DNA of 64,000 nucleotides from assembly GCA_013239625.1 (NCBI GenBank), contig MU053304.1:2046001-2110000 (forward strand). Reading direction: 5' to 3'. The stretch comes from Lama guanicoe. Lineage: Eukaryota. Below are positions 1-11,863 of this stretch, in pieces. The number at the start of each line of letters is the position of its first letter. The stretch's first letter is position 1. Both the position numbers and the translations under genes were made by a program. Under the pieces are notes generated by a model. That model saw nothing but the letters and a program-made list of their open reading frames with translations. It was not told the DNA's origin and searched no databases.

Positions 1-860
1 CAGAGGGATATCTTGTAGCCTTTACCCACTTACCCCCCAGTAATAACATATTGTACAGCTGTAGTACAGTACCACACCTGGGATGCTGACATTGATACAG
101 TCAAGATGCAGGACATTTTCATCACAGGAATTCCTCATGCTGCCCTTTAACAGCCACCTTCATTTCTCTTCCACTTTAGGAAGCTTTCCTTAATCCCTAG
201 AAACCACTGATCTGTTCTGCATTTTTATAAAATTTCGGTATTTCAAGAATGTTTTATAAATGGAATCATACGGCATGTAACCTTTTTGGATTTTTTTTCA
301 CTCACCGTAATGCTCTAGAGATTCATCCAGATCATTGTGTGTATCAGGTTTCTTTCCTTTTATTGCTGAGCAGCGTTCCGTGGTATGAATATACCACAGT
401 TTGTTTAACTAGTAACCTGTTGAAAGAAGCCTGGATAGTTTCCAGTTTTGAGCTGTTATAAAGAACGCTGCTGTAAACCTTCATTTACAGGTTTTTGTGT
501 GAATGTAAGTTTTCATTTTTTTCTGGAACAGTTGCCCAGGAGGTCAAGTGCTGGGTCATAGGGTAGTTGCCTGTCTAGTTTTATAAAAAAAAAAAAAGCC
601 AAAATGTTTCCAGAGTGGCTTAACCATTTTACCTTCCCATCAGCAACGTATAGTGACCCAGTGTCTCTCAATCCTTGCCAGTATTTGGTGTTGACTTTGT
701 TTTTTATTTTAGCCATTTTGATATGTGTTTGGTGATACCTTGTGGTTTTAATTTGAATTCCCCTAATGATAAATGATGTTGGGCAATTTTCCATGTGATT
801 GATCAACATCTGTGTATCTTCTCTGGCAAAGTATCTCTTCATGCCCCTTGTCCATTTTCT
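1..860 (-). mobile_element. Old L1 (L1M-type) ORF2 3' end and 3' UTR fragment
   Basis: ORF 513..866(-) resembles a degenerate L1 ORF2 C-terminus (IRGIQIKTTRYH...LPYDPA); typical antisense L1 3' sequence. Confidence 0.85.
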
Positions 861-1317
861 AATCATATCACATCACTTCAAGGCTACCTGCTATCAGTCT
901 GCTTTCTGACTGCTGATGTTCACCTGGGCATCACCCACGGGAGGTGGCGCTTATCAAGTTCCACCCCACCCCCGCCCCCGGAACGTTGCTCTTTCCCCCT
1001 CTTTGCTTTGAAAAGTTATTGTGAATGAACCACACTTACGGAATGGGGAGTTGTTCTCCCCCTCTTTGAGGGTAGAGGAGCCACGTAAACTCTCTGAAAT
1101 TCTTCTGTATGAGAGATTTGTCTGTTTCCCCGTTTATTTATGTATTTGATTATTTATTTATATTAGTGTGGACTTGTGGATATTTATTTTATACTGTGAG
1201 TGATAATCCAAAACATTTTTATTTATTTTGTTGCTCCATGTGTTCCATGTTTGGGCCTTGAGAGCTCTTTCCGTTGGCTCCCGTGTCCCTCTGACATACC
1301 CCGTTATTACAGTGTTG

Positions 1318-1320
<3 letters not shown>

Positions 1321-1350
<30 letters not shown>
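1321..1350. repeat. (TG)15 microsatellite
   Basis: Perfect dinucleotide run read directly. Confidence 0.98.
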
Positions 1351-1353
<3 letters not shown>

Positions 1354-1824
1354 AAACACTTCTGTACTCTCTGGCCCTGCAAGATGCTCCAGTCTTACCT
1401 TGTATATTTCCTGCTCCAGGCTTAGAAGCAGCCATTTCTCCAAGGAATCGGTGCCTTTTGTTGGAGAATGGCCCTGGAAACTGACATCTGGGCACTAGCT
1501 GTGCTCTCGTTCCGGGGGTACCGTGGTTTCCAGGTCCTCTCAGCCGACATAGCAAGGGAATATGTGTGTGTATATCAACCTGTGCATATATTCGTATCTA
1601 TAAAGATTACCATATGTAGCCACCTATGTCTAAATTAAGCTAAACATGAATTTATGCTGATATATCCAATTCTGATTCATTATTACCTGGATCATTCTAG
1701 CCTTCTCCCCTTATTTATCTGTAAATTCCCACACCAACAGCAAGGTACTTGGCTCCTACCATCCAACATCCATTTATTTGCTTGTTCAATTCCTATATAC
1801 ATGTAGAGCAGTATCAGAATTCTT

Positions 1825-2061
1825 TTTTTTTTTTAATTGTAGTCAGTTACAGTGTGTCCATTTCTGGTGTACAGTGTGATGTCCCAGTCATGCATATATG
1901 CATATATTCGTTTTCATATTCTTTTTCATTAAAGGTTATTACAAGATATTCAATATAGTTGCCTGTGCTATATAGAAGAAATTTGTTTTTTCTGATCTAT
2001 TTTTATATATAGTGGTTAACATTTGCAAATCTCAAACTCCTACATTTATCCCTTCCCACCC
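1825..2061 (-). mobile_element. Short 5'-truncated young L1 3' end with target-site duplication
   Basis: Poly-T at the left end, artiodactyl-type L1 3' UTR sequence, direct repeat CAGAATTCTT at 1815-1824 and 2062-2071. Confidence 0.85.
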
Positions 2062-2394
2062 CAGAATTCTTAACTTGTATCCTTGTGGGAAACAAATTTA
2101 CATACTAGAGGACCATGCTTATGTACAGCTTCCTCTCTGCCTTTAGTCCTATGAACTCTACTCATTTCCAAAGTTATTCGGGTCAACACTGCCCCCCGAC
2201 TCCTCAGTGAAATTGTTTAATACGTTCAAAAGTACAGTTGGATTACTTTCCCACAGTTTGCATTCTTTCCTAGGATCTTCCAACTAGAGGATCTGTTTTT
2301 GGTTTTGTTTTTACACTGAAAAATGACTATGCCAATGCATGAAGCTCATACATGTCTGTTTGGGAAGTCCACCTATAGAAGTACGACTTCTCAA

Positions 2395-4130
2395 GCATCA
2401 TTTGTTGAAAAGGCTATCTTTCCTTCATTGAATTGCTTTTGAACCTTTGTCAAAAATCAGTGTGCCCGATTTGTGTGGGTCTAGTTTGGATTCTCCATCT
2501 TTCTCCTTGATCTGTGTCTGTTCCTTGCCAACACAACACAGTCCTGATTACTGTTGTTATATAATAACCACTGAAATCAAGCAGAAAGATTCTTCTCAAT
2601 TACTCAAAAACAAAAAAACTGTTTTACCTATAGTAGTTTCTTTGCCCTTTCATATAAATTTTAGAATAATCTTGTCTGTATCTACAAAAGATGTCGATGA
2701 GGTGTTGATAGCAATCGTGTTAAACCTGTGTATCGATTTGGGAAGAATTGATATCTTTACTATTCAGAGTCTTCCAGTCCATGAACACAGTATGTCATTT
2801 CATTTATTTAGACTTTTGATTTCTTTCATCAGCATTTTATAGTTTTCAGCATACAACATACAGTTGTACATGTACAACTAAATATTTCTCTCTTTTTTGA
2901 GTGATTATAAATAGCATTGTAGTTTGGTGTCCAAATGTTCGTTGCTAGTGTGTAAATATACAACTAATTTTTATATGTTTATCTTGTATCCCATGACTTT
3001 GATAAACTTCTTAGTTTTAGGATTTTTGGAGTAGATTCCTTGGGATTTTATACATGGATAATTATATCTTCTGACATTTGGACAGTTTCATTTCTTCCTT
3101 TCTTATATGTATAAATTTTATTTCTGTTTATTGTCTTATTACACTGGCTAGAACTTCTGCCACTAGTTTAAATGAGTGGTGATAGGAGACATCCTTGCAT
3201 TTTTCCCAATTTTAAGGGGAAATGTCAGTCTTTCACCATTAAGTATAGTATCAGCTGTAGGGATTTTTAGATTTTTTTTTAAGTCAAATTGAGGAAATTA
3301 CTCTCTATTCCTTGTTTGCTGATAACTTTAGTTACGAATAGGGTGTTGACTTTTGCCAAATGCTTTTTCTGCATCAATTGACTTATCATATGATCTTTCT
3401 TTTTTAATCTATTAATGTGATGGATTATATTGCTTGATTTTCAAATACTGAATTCATCTTGCATCTCTGGAGTAAACCCCACTTGGTTATAGTGTATAAT
3501 TCTTTTTATATATTGCTGAATCCTATCCTCTAATATTTTGTTCAGAGTTTTTGTGTCTATATTCATGAGGGATATTTGTCTGTAGTTCTCTCTCTCTTTG
3601 TGATATTGTCTTTGCCTGGTTTTGGTATCCGAGTAAACGTAGCTTCATGAAATCAGTTGGAAAGTGTTCTTATATCTTTTATTTTCTGGAAGAGATTGTA
3701 TCAAATTGGTGTTAATCCTTTAAATATTTTAGAATTCACTAATGAACGCACCTGGGCTGAAATACTCCATTTTTTGGTATTTTTTAAATTATATATTCAA
3801 TTTCCTTTATAGTTATAAGGATATTCAAGTTGTTTATATTGGGTGAATTGTAGTAGTTTTTTTTTTTTTTTTGAGGATGTGGTCCATTTTGTCTTAGTTG
3901 TCAAATTTATGTGTGTAGAGTTGTTCATAGTATTCCTGTATTATCCTTTCTACATCTTCAGGGTCTGTAGTGACACCCTCTGTTTCATTCATGATATTGA
4001 TAATTTATGTCTTCCTTTTTTTCTCTTGTTTAATTTTTGTTGATTTTATTCATCTTTTCAAAAAAATAGCTTTTTGTTTCATTGACTTTTTCTGTTGTTT
4101 TTCTTTTTTCAATTTCATTTTGTCCACTTG
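2395..4130 (-). mobile_element. Degenerate L1 ORF2 internal fragment
   Basis: T-rich antisense L1 ORF2 sequence (e.g. ttgtcaaaaatcag, cttccagtccatgaaca, ggttttggtatc); no long open frame on the - strand. Confidence 0.9.
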
Positions 4131-6464
4131 TCTAATTATTTACAGTGGGAGGGCAAGTTAGGGTGCAGTCATTCCATCCTGGTAGAAGTTCCACGTAATT
4201 CCTTAGATGCGTTTCACCTGGAGTGAAATGTTTATGCAGTATGAAAGGACTATCGTTAAAGCACCCGTTCCAGAGCCTGGCACGTGATAGGCTTATACTT
4301 AATACCAGGTATGATGATCAGGACGATTTTCATTGCTATCATTCCGTGTAGGCCCTATTAACCCGTTTAGGATTTACTAACAGCGGTGACTTTTGATTTT
4401 TTATCTTTTTTCATTTTAGTTTATCTGAGGAAAGCATGCAGAATTAAACAGGGCACTTGTAAACTTGCATAAATATTTCCAAATGAAATGCCTACGATGC
4501 AGACTACCTCTTAGGAAGTCTTAGAATGAAAAGCAATTGTAAGAGATTTAAAGTTCAGACTTTGATTTCCAGCTTTAGTCAAGTAGAAATTCTTTTTTGT
4601 AGTCTCTTTACAAATGTTATTCAAGTACGACAATGATTTAAAAGGAATTGATTTTCTCCACTCAAAAAAGTAAGTGAGTCAATGAAAAAGGCATCTGGCT
4701 CAAGCCAGCAAAAGCATTAAGATTTATTAAGTCAACTATGAGTAAAGATGATATAATGCACTAAAAACTCTCCTACTAAAATAAGCTAGAATGCGTATCA
4801 TTTGGAGCTGGAATGGTGGGTTGTTGAAATGCATATAAAAGCATAATACTCCTAATACAAGGAAACATAAATGAAACCAAACTTGCTACGATTTGTAGTA
4901 AATCTTCAAATACCTTGCATAAGACTGATGGCAAAATGCATGATCACTAGAGGCAGAGAGGAGTCTTCTGCTGGAAAATTTCCTGGAGTGGCTCCATCAT
5001 CAGAATCACCCCATATTCCTACCACCAGCCTGCGACACAGTAAAGGCCTCAAACTGCAAGCCAGTTGGGGGGGAACTGATTCAACTAGGAGTGTATGTGT
5101 GTTAGTCTGTAAAATAAGCCAGTAGAGTAAATCTAAAGATATTTGCCAACTGTGCATTGCCACGGGGTTCTGCCAAAGCACATGTGCTGTGGAAATTAGC
5201 CGCTAGCTATTTGGGTTCCTGACTGGCACGGAGTTTTATCATAAATTAGTGTCACTGAATCCCAAGTGTAGCTCTGAGACACCATGGTGATGAAAGCCAG
5301 ATGGGATAGATCTGGGACTCGTCCTGGACTCCAGCCCTTTGGTTCCTGGGTCTTAGATGTTTGATAAATGTCTGCAGAGAATGTTACCCTATTTTCTCCT
5401 GCCATCCTCTATTCCTATCAAATCCTTCCAATCCAGTGAGCCCCAAGAACAGACAATCCAAGGATCTTGGACTTCTCTCAACTCTTAAAAAGATCCAAGA
5501 GCCAAAACATGCATTCGGACTGCTTTGGACCCTGAACTTGGCAGTTACCTCCCTGGTGAAGCGCTGGACCAGAGCAGGACTGGGTGGGCTGGACTGACAG
5601 CTCTAGGACTGCCCAGAGTTCAGGGAGTTACAAGGGTTTGACACTGCCCTTAGACTTCTGGAGCAGGGTGGGGCTTTGGGATATTGCAAGGCTGTAGAAG
5701 TAGGGAGAAGTCAGGCCACTTCTGTAGTTACTGCTCTAAAGGTAGCAGAGCATCTTATTTCAGAATTTGCAGTATTCAGATTGCCAGCTAACAAAACAAT
5801 TGTTTAGTAAATACTTCGATTAAGCTTGTCTTCCTAAATGGACGGAAAGCAGTACTGATATGTGTATTTGTCAAGGCCTTTGGTTTCATCTCTTTCATGT
5901 TTCTCAGCACGTTCTTCTTTATATGTCTTTTCAACTGGTCTACCACGTAATGCCATTTGTAATAGTTAGTCTGTGTTCTTTTCCAGTCAAAGCGACTGCC
6001 CCGTTAATAGAAAGACAATCTTAGAAATAGGTTAGTGAGAGGCAGTCAGTTTCATGTCTTTCCAAATGGGCATAAAGGACTGTATTTATTGCAGGAAACA
6101 AATTCACTTAGACATGACTGAATTACAGTCAGCGTAGTAGGGTCTAGATGGAGTAAATGTTTTATTGGGCGGATTTATTTAAAAATAAAATATTCAGATG
6201 CTGGGTATGAAAAACATGTGACATGAAGCAGACATGAAATATTTCAGTCTGAGATTCCTCCTCTAGAATGGTCTGTGAGTGACATATGGTGGTTTTATAA
6301 AGATGAGGTAAGCCAGTGGCAGATAGAACAGTGCATTTGAACAGTGATTAAGTAAGCCTGGAAGTATCCAAGTGTGCACTGAAACATTCACTGCCTTTGA
6401 AAACAGACAAAATACTCGATTTTGTTCCTTTGCTTTAGTCTATGACCATTGCAGTTTTAGGAGG

Positions 6465-6793
6465 TTTTTTTGTTTGTTTGTTTGTTTGTTTATCACAAGC
6501 TGCCAACAGCACTTTATTTTTTCTTTTCAACATCCTGTTCTGTAGCTTCCTTGGCCCTTTTTGCCCGGATGCCCAAGAGCCGGGCATTGGCACAGGCCAT
6601 GCAGAGGCTGGCAAACACCTTGACATTCTCGTCCTCCTCTGTGATGACTCTGGCCTTTCCTTCCTGTAGACATTTCATGAGGGCGTGACTGATCCCGTCA
6701 GCTGGGTGGCCAACGTGAGCTCCTCAGCAGAGCTGTCTCCCTTCTTGGGGGCGGAGGGCTTCCTGGGGAAGCAGATGAGCTTGGAGCGGTACT
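6465..6793 (-). pseudogene. RPL13: RPL13 (60S ribosomal protein eL13) processed pseudogene, 5'-truncated
   Basis: Minus strand reads [44 protein letters not shown], a 1-nt frameshift near 6657, then [46 protein letters not shown] (stop 6514-6516), i.e. the RPL13 C-terminal ~95 aa. Intronless, short 3' UTR, degenerate A/(AAAC)n tail 6465-6491, flanking direct repeat TAGGAG(G)TTTT at 6458 and 6793. Confidence 0.95.
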
Positions 6794-7867
6794 AGGAGTT
6801 TTCTGGGGTTTTTTTTAATATCGCTTTTTACATTTATCTAAGCAAATGGAACTATATGGAAAATTTTGCTTTTTCTCATTTTCAAACTTTAAAGACAGAT
6901 TGCCTCAATTTGAAGCATCCTCTCTTCAGCTTTGATGTGATGTCTTTTAAGAGGGGTACCTATTTTGTATGGACTCACAGTATGGCTTTAGAATCACATG
7001 AAGGTGGCTTTGTTCGTGTATAACATCTAATAACAAGCTGTTCCCTGTAAGTTGTTCTTTGGACCAGCGTGTCATCAGCCCGTTTTCTGGTTTGTAAGTT
7101 TAAACCAGGCTTTCTCTGAGACGGGCAAGAATGCCCCAAAATGTTGAGTGTAGCAGGATCAGGAGCCCCAGGTCACGGTGTTCATCATGGGGGATGGACC
7201 TCGGGGAGGGGTGTGAGCTTCCCTGGGCACCGTTTCCTGGGGAGATGACGTGAGGCAGGGCTCACCCCAGATGTCACAACTGTCCTTCCTTAAGTGGGCT
7301 TGATGTTCTCCCTCAACGTTTCAGTCCCTCCCAGAGGCATATCTAGGGATTTGGAAAGAGGAGAACGTTCTCATAATTGACTCAGGCTAGGCATGCAGCT
7401 GCGCCCTAGAATTACCCAGAAAGTAGTCCGATGTCCAGACTCATACAAACACTTGGCTACCAAATAATAAAATCATAAACTGTGAGTTTTTGGCTTTCTG
7501 AGGTTTCAGAAAAATAAATAAGAAGACTCAGCTGACTCAAGCCAAAACAAAATAGGTTTAATGAAATCAGGAACCCAAGTTTGTTTCTCCAGTAAAACTT
7601 GAAAGTTTTATTCGGACGTGGGAATCGGACAAGTTCAGTAGATTAAAGGAGATTCTTTTCACCAATGTCATTTTTTTTTCATTTTTAGTTTTCACTTAAG
7701 TAAAATTTGGGGACAGTTCTGCACCGTATGCAAACAACAAGTGGGGCTGCATTGCTGGAGATCACGACCCCAGACTTCGATCTGTGCTTAGCTGGAGAAG
7801 TGATGGGGACCGCCGGGGGCCGCCAGCTGTCTCACTGCTGCCTTTTTCCCTCCCTTTATCTCCTTAG

Positions 7868-7999
7868 GTGAAGAGTGTGACATTGATATAAATGAGTGTG
7901 ACAGTAACCCCTGCCATCACGCGGGTACCTGCCTGGACCAGCCCAATGGTTATACCTGCCACTGCCCCCATGGCTGGGTGGGAGCAAACTGTGAAATCC
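7868..7999 (+). CDS. DNER: DNER internal coding exon (third from last), last EGF-like repeat
   Basis: Pyrimidine tract + AG at 7866-7867; GTAAGT donor at 8000; 132 bp, phase 1-1. Translates (G)EECDIDINECDSNPCHHAGTCLDQPNGYTCHCPHGWVGANCEI, a calcium-binding-type EGF repeat matching DNER as I recall it. Joins in frame to the next exon (C|AC = His). Confidence 0.97.
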
Positions 8000-8622
8000 G
8001 TAAGTACTTCTGCAGCTCAGCCACTGGTATTTACCATTACATTTTCCTTCAGCAAGAAGAGGATGCTGACCAGGCCCAGCAGTGAGGCCCAGAGGGTACC
8101 CCGAGTCAGCCGCGCCTCCCGAGCCCCACATGCGTGCATGCTTCTGCTCGCTGCACTGTGCAGCTCCCACTCCTTCCGGAGTTGGAATCCAGCCTTTCCA
8201 TCAGGATGAGACTGTGCAGATGTCATCCAGAGTTCACTGATGCTAAATACAGCCAAAATTGTGCTCAACAGAGAAGCGTTAGAAGCATATCAAAGACGCT
8301 AGTCTTTGTATTGAAAGTGTAAAAAAAAAAACCCGCACAAAATGTACATTCATTTTGCATCTATGTCTTCGTGTCTACAAATGTCTTCGGTTCCATCAAT
8401 TGCCTGGAGCATAAAAGAAAATCTGAAAAACGTGTTGAGCTGCTTAGAGCGAAGTGTTCTCTAAAGATGCCTTCACAGAAATTTGACAATGCCAGGATCA
8501 GGGTTTTGTATATTAAAATAATGTGTCTAACTAGGATTGATGTGAAAATAAGAACTGCCGTGGAACTGGGTTTTCGTTGTTTTGTAAACTAAAAGTTCAA
8601 CTGGTTTTTTCCTTATAGGGAT

Positions 8623-8650
8623 ATTGATTGATTGATTGATTGATTGATTG
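8623..8650. repeat. (ATTG)7 tetranucleotide repeat, tail of the adjacent L1
   Basis: Read directly; abuts the L1 3' end. Confidence 0.9.
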
Positions 8651-9700
8651 AAGTATAGATGATTTATAATGTCATGTTAGTTTCTGGTGTACAGCACAGT
8701 GATTCAGTTATACACGTGTATTCCTTTTCCAATTCTTTTCCATTATAGGCTATTACACAGTATTGAATATAGCTCCCTGTGCTCTACAGTAGGACCTTGC
8801 AGATGCATACAGAATAATGCAGGTGCATTTGCATCTGCAAATCCCAAACTCCCAATTTATCCTTCCACTCCTCACCCTTTCCCACCCAGTAACCACAGTT
8901 TTGTTTTCTATGTCTGTGAGTTTGTCTCCATTTTGTAAATAAGTTCATTTGTATCTTTTTTTTTGGATTCCACATATACATAATATCATATGGTATTTTT
9001 CTTTCTCTTTCTGCCTTACTTCACTTAATATGATAATCTCCAGTTCCATCCAAATGGCATTATTTCATTCCTTTTTATGACTGAGTAGTATTCCATTGTA
9101 TAATTATATCATGAGTTCTTTATCCGATCATCTGTTGATGGACATTTAGGCTGTTTCCATGTCTTGGCTATTGTATCTAGTGCTGCTGTGAACATTGGAA
9201 TGCATGTATCTTTTTGAATTAGAATTCCCTCCAGGTATATGCCCAGGAGTGAGATTGCTATATCATAGGGTGAGTCTGTCTTTAGTTTTTTGAGGAATCT
9301 GCATACTGTTTTCCATAATGGCTGCACCAAACTACATTCCCACCAGCAGTGTAGGAAGGTTCCCTTTTCTCCACACCCTCTCCAGCATTTATCATTTGTG
9401 GACTTTTGAATGACGGCCATTCTGACTGATGTGAGCTGATACCTCACTGTAGTTTTGATTTGCATTTCTTTGATAATTAGCGATAGTGAGCATCTTGTCA
9501 CGTGCCTATTGGCTGTTTGTGTGTCTTCACTGGAGAAATGTTTGTTTAGGTCTTCTGCCCATTTTTGGATTCGGTTGTTTGTTTTGTTGTTGTTGTTATT
9601 GAATTGTATGTGCTGTTTGTATATTCTGGAAATTAAGCCGTTGTCAGTTGGATCATTTGCAAATATCTTCTCCCATTCCGTAGGTTGTCTTTTTGTTTCT
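8651..9700 (-). mobile_element. Relatively young 5'-truncated L1 (ORF2 C-terminus + 3' UTR)
   Basis: ORF 9109..9711(-) encodes [13 protein letters not shown]...[18 protein letters not shown]...WKQPKCPS, the L1 ORF2p C-terminal cysteine-rich region, open for ~200 codons. Confidence 0.97.
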
Positions 9701-10449
9701 ATAAAGGCCAAAAAAGCCCATCAGACAATTACGCTGTATGAGCAGTCTTTATGATACAAATAGATTCAGTTCTTTGGTTCTCATTTTTGTATAAACTAGA
9801 ATTTTTAAGAATCAAATTTAATCTTCCTCCCCATTGAGACCCCCACTTTACTCCCCAGAGGTAGCAACTGTTAGTCATTTATTGTGGATTCTTCCAGATG
9901 CTTTCAGTCACTATATGTCCCATTTTTTTTTTGTACTAATGGGACTATTCTATACATACTGCTCAGCATCTTGCCTTCATGCTTAATTATATATCTTGGC
10001 TATTTTCCCATGTGGGCTTATGCAGATCTTCCTCAATTTTTTAACACCACATGGTATTTCCATTTTTCAGATGTTCTATAATTTACTTAATCAGACCCCT
10101 GCTGGTAGTCAGATAACCCATTTTCAGGTTTTTGGTATTGAAAACAATAGTAGAGTGAAAATTCTTGTTTATGTAATACCTGTGTGAGAATATCAGGAGG
10201 ATAAATCTCGAAAATGGAATAGCCAAATTGAGGGGTCCTTTAATTTTTCACAAGGATTTACTTACGTACTGACTCTTAGCCAACAAAAACCTTCCTCTTG
10301 AAAGCGATGGTGCTGGGGCCCAAGGTTGACTCGAAAATCCCCTTTAATCCATACTTACCTTATTATTAAATACTTTCAACACCCCTGACTGCATCCTCTG
10401 CTTACCTCTGGGGAGTGACTGGGGCTAGATGCAGGGGAGGCAGCCTGAC

Positions 10450-10630
10450 TGAATGGGAAGAAGGTCATTGTGGAGTTCTGCGGCCCTGGTTTCAAACCCC
10501 AGCTCAGGGACTTATTCTTGGTAAACAAGAGCTCTGAGCCTCAGGCCTTGATAAATGGGGTAATAACTGTAAACGATACAGTTCAGTGCCTGGTTCGTAG
10601 TATTTGCTCAATAAATGGTTGCCTTAATTA
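10450..10630 (+). mobile_element. MIR SINE fragment (duplicated at ~12611-12791)
   Basis: MIR-like motifs ggtttcaaaccccagctc, ctctgagcctcag, aaatggggtaata, gctcaataaatg. Confidence 0.7.
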
Positions 10631-11236
10631 CTGTCACCAGCTGTCATTCTCTTTGAGCTGCTGGCAGCCTCTGGGTACCTGCTCAGAGTGAAGTTTCCCT
10701 GCCTTGATGGAATATTGATAAATTAGATGTTTTTGAGGTAACTACTAATTTTCTAAAAGTACCAAATATTTTAGGATGACAGGCAATTTATAAATATGTA
10801 GTTTTGTCAATATAATTAGACTTCGATCTTTCCATTCCACGGTAGATACAGGTATTCCATGAAGGGACTCTCCCTTCCTGCCCAAAGATACTGATGGGTG
10901 CCCACAGCATAGAGATGCTCACAGCACAGGGAGGTGTTCTTCAGGCCTTTTGACTGCAACCCACAGTAAGAAATATATTTTGCATCTTGGTGCTACACAT
11001 GACATTCAGTCCCTCTCACACACACGAAACATGAAGTAATAATTTTATAAGCATCACACACTTTTATATCATTTTTCTAAACTTTTTTTTTCTAATATGG
11101 TCTGGCCCCAACATAAAGATTTCCACAGTCTGCAGTATGGAAAACATTACTTATTAAGTGTTTTGAGCCAGATTATTATTAGGATTGTAGATCCTAATCG
11201 CTGATTCCTCAGTTAGGTGGAGAATCCCTTGTCCTC

Positions 11237-11578
11237 NNNNNNNNNNNNNNNNNNNNNNNNNNNNNNNNNNNNNNNNNNNNNNNNNNNNNNNNNNNNNNNN
11301 NNNNNNNNNNNNNNNNNNNNNNNNNNNNNNNNNNNNNNNNNNNNNNNNNNNNNNNNNNNNNNNNNNNNNNNNNNNNNNNNNNNNNNNNNNNNNNNNNNNN
11401 NNNNNNNNNNNNNNNNNNNNNNNNNNNNNNNNNNNNNNNNNNNNNNNNNNNNNNNNNNNNNNNNNNNNNNNNNNNNNNNNNNNNNNNNNNNNNNNNNNNN
11501 NNNNNNNNNNNNNNNNNNNNNNNNNNNNNNNNNNNNNNNNNNNNNNNNNNNNNNNNNNNNNNNNNNNNNNNNNNNNNN
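11237..11578. other. Assembly gap (342 N)
   Basis: Run of N in the sequence. Confidence 1.
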
Positions 11579-11863
11579 GCCATTCTGACTGATGTGAGCT
11601 GATACCTCACTGTAGTTTTGATTTGCATTTCTCTGATAATTAGCGATAGTGAGCATCTTGTCACGTGCCTATTGGCTGTTTGTGTGTCTTCACTGGAGAA
11701 ATGTTTGTTTAGGTCTTCTGCCCATTTTTGGATTCGGTTGTTTGTTTTGTTGTTGTTGTTATTGAATTGTATGCGCTGTTTGTATATTCTGGAAATTAAG
11801 CCGTTGTCAGTTGGATCATTTGCAAATATCTTCTCCCATTCCGTAGGTTGTCTTTTTGTTTCT
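11579..11863 (-). mobile_element. Duplicate copy of part of the L1 ORF2 fragment at 9416-9700
   Basis: ORF 11209..11874(-) repeats the same peptide up to the gap. Confidence 0.9.

Larger units (their letters stand above)
870..2330 (-). mobile_element. Old L1 3' UTR-like fragment (L1MC/L1MD-like), interrupted by a (TG)n and a young L1 insertion
   Basis: Recalled similarity to L1MC-class 3' ends (e.g. caagatgctccag...gccatttctccaagga...ttggagaatgg); subfamily not certain. Confidence 0.6.

Noticed and set aside
7856..8209. ORFs 7856..8170(-) and 7892..8209(+) over the EGF exon
   Set aside because: Wrong strand or frame; the real reading frame is the spliced EGF repeat at 7868-7999.
9109..9711. 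200-aa ORF as a host gene
   Set aside because: It is a truncated L1 ORF2 C-terminus with a non-ATG start in flanking DNA and no promoter.
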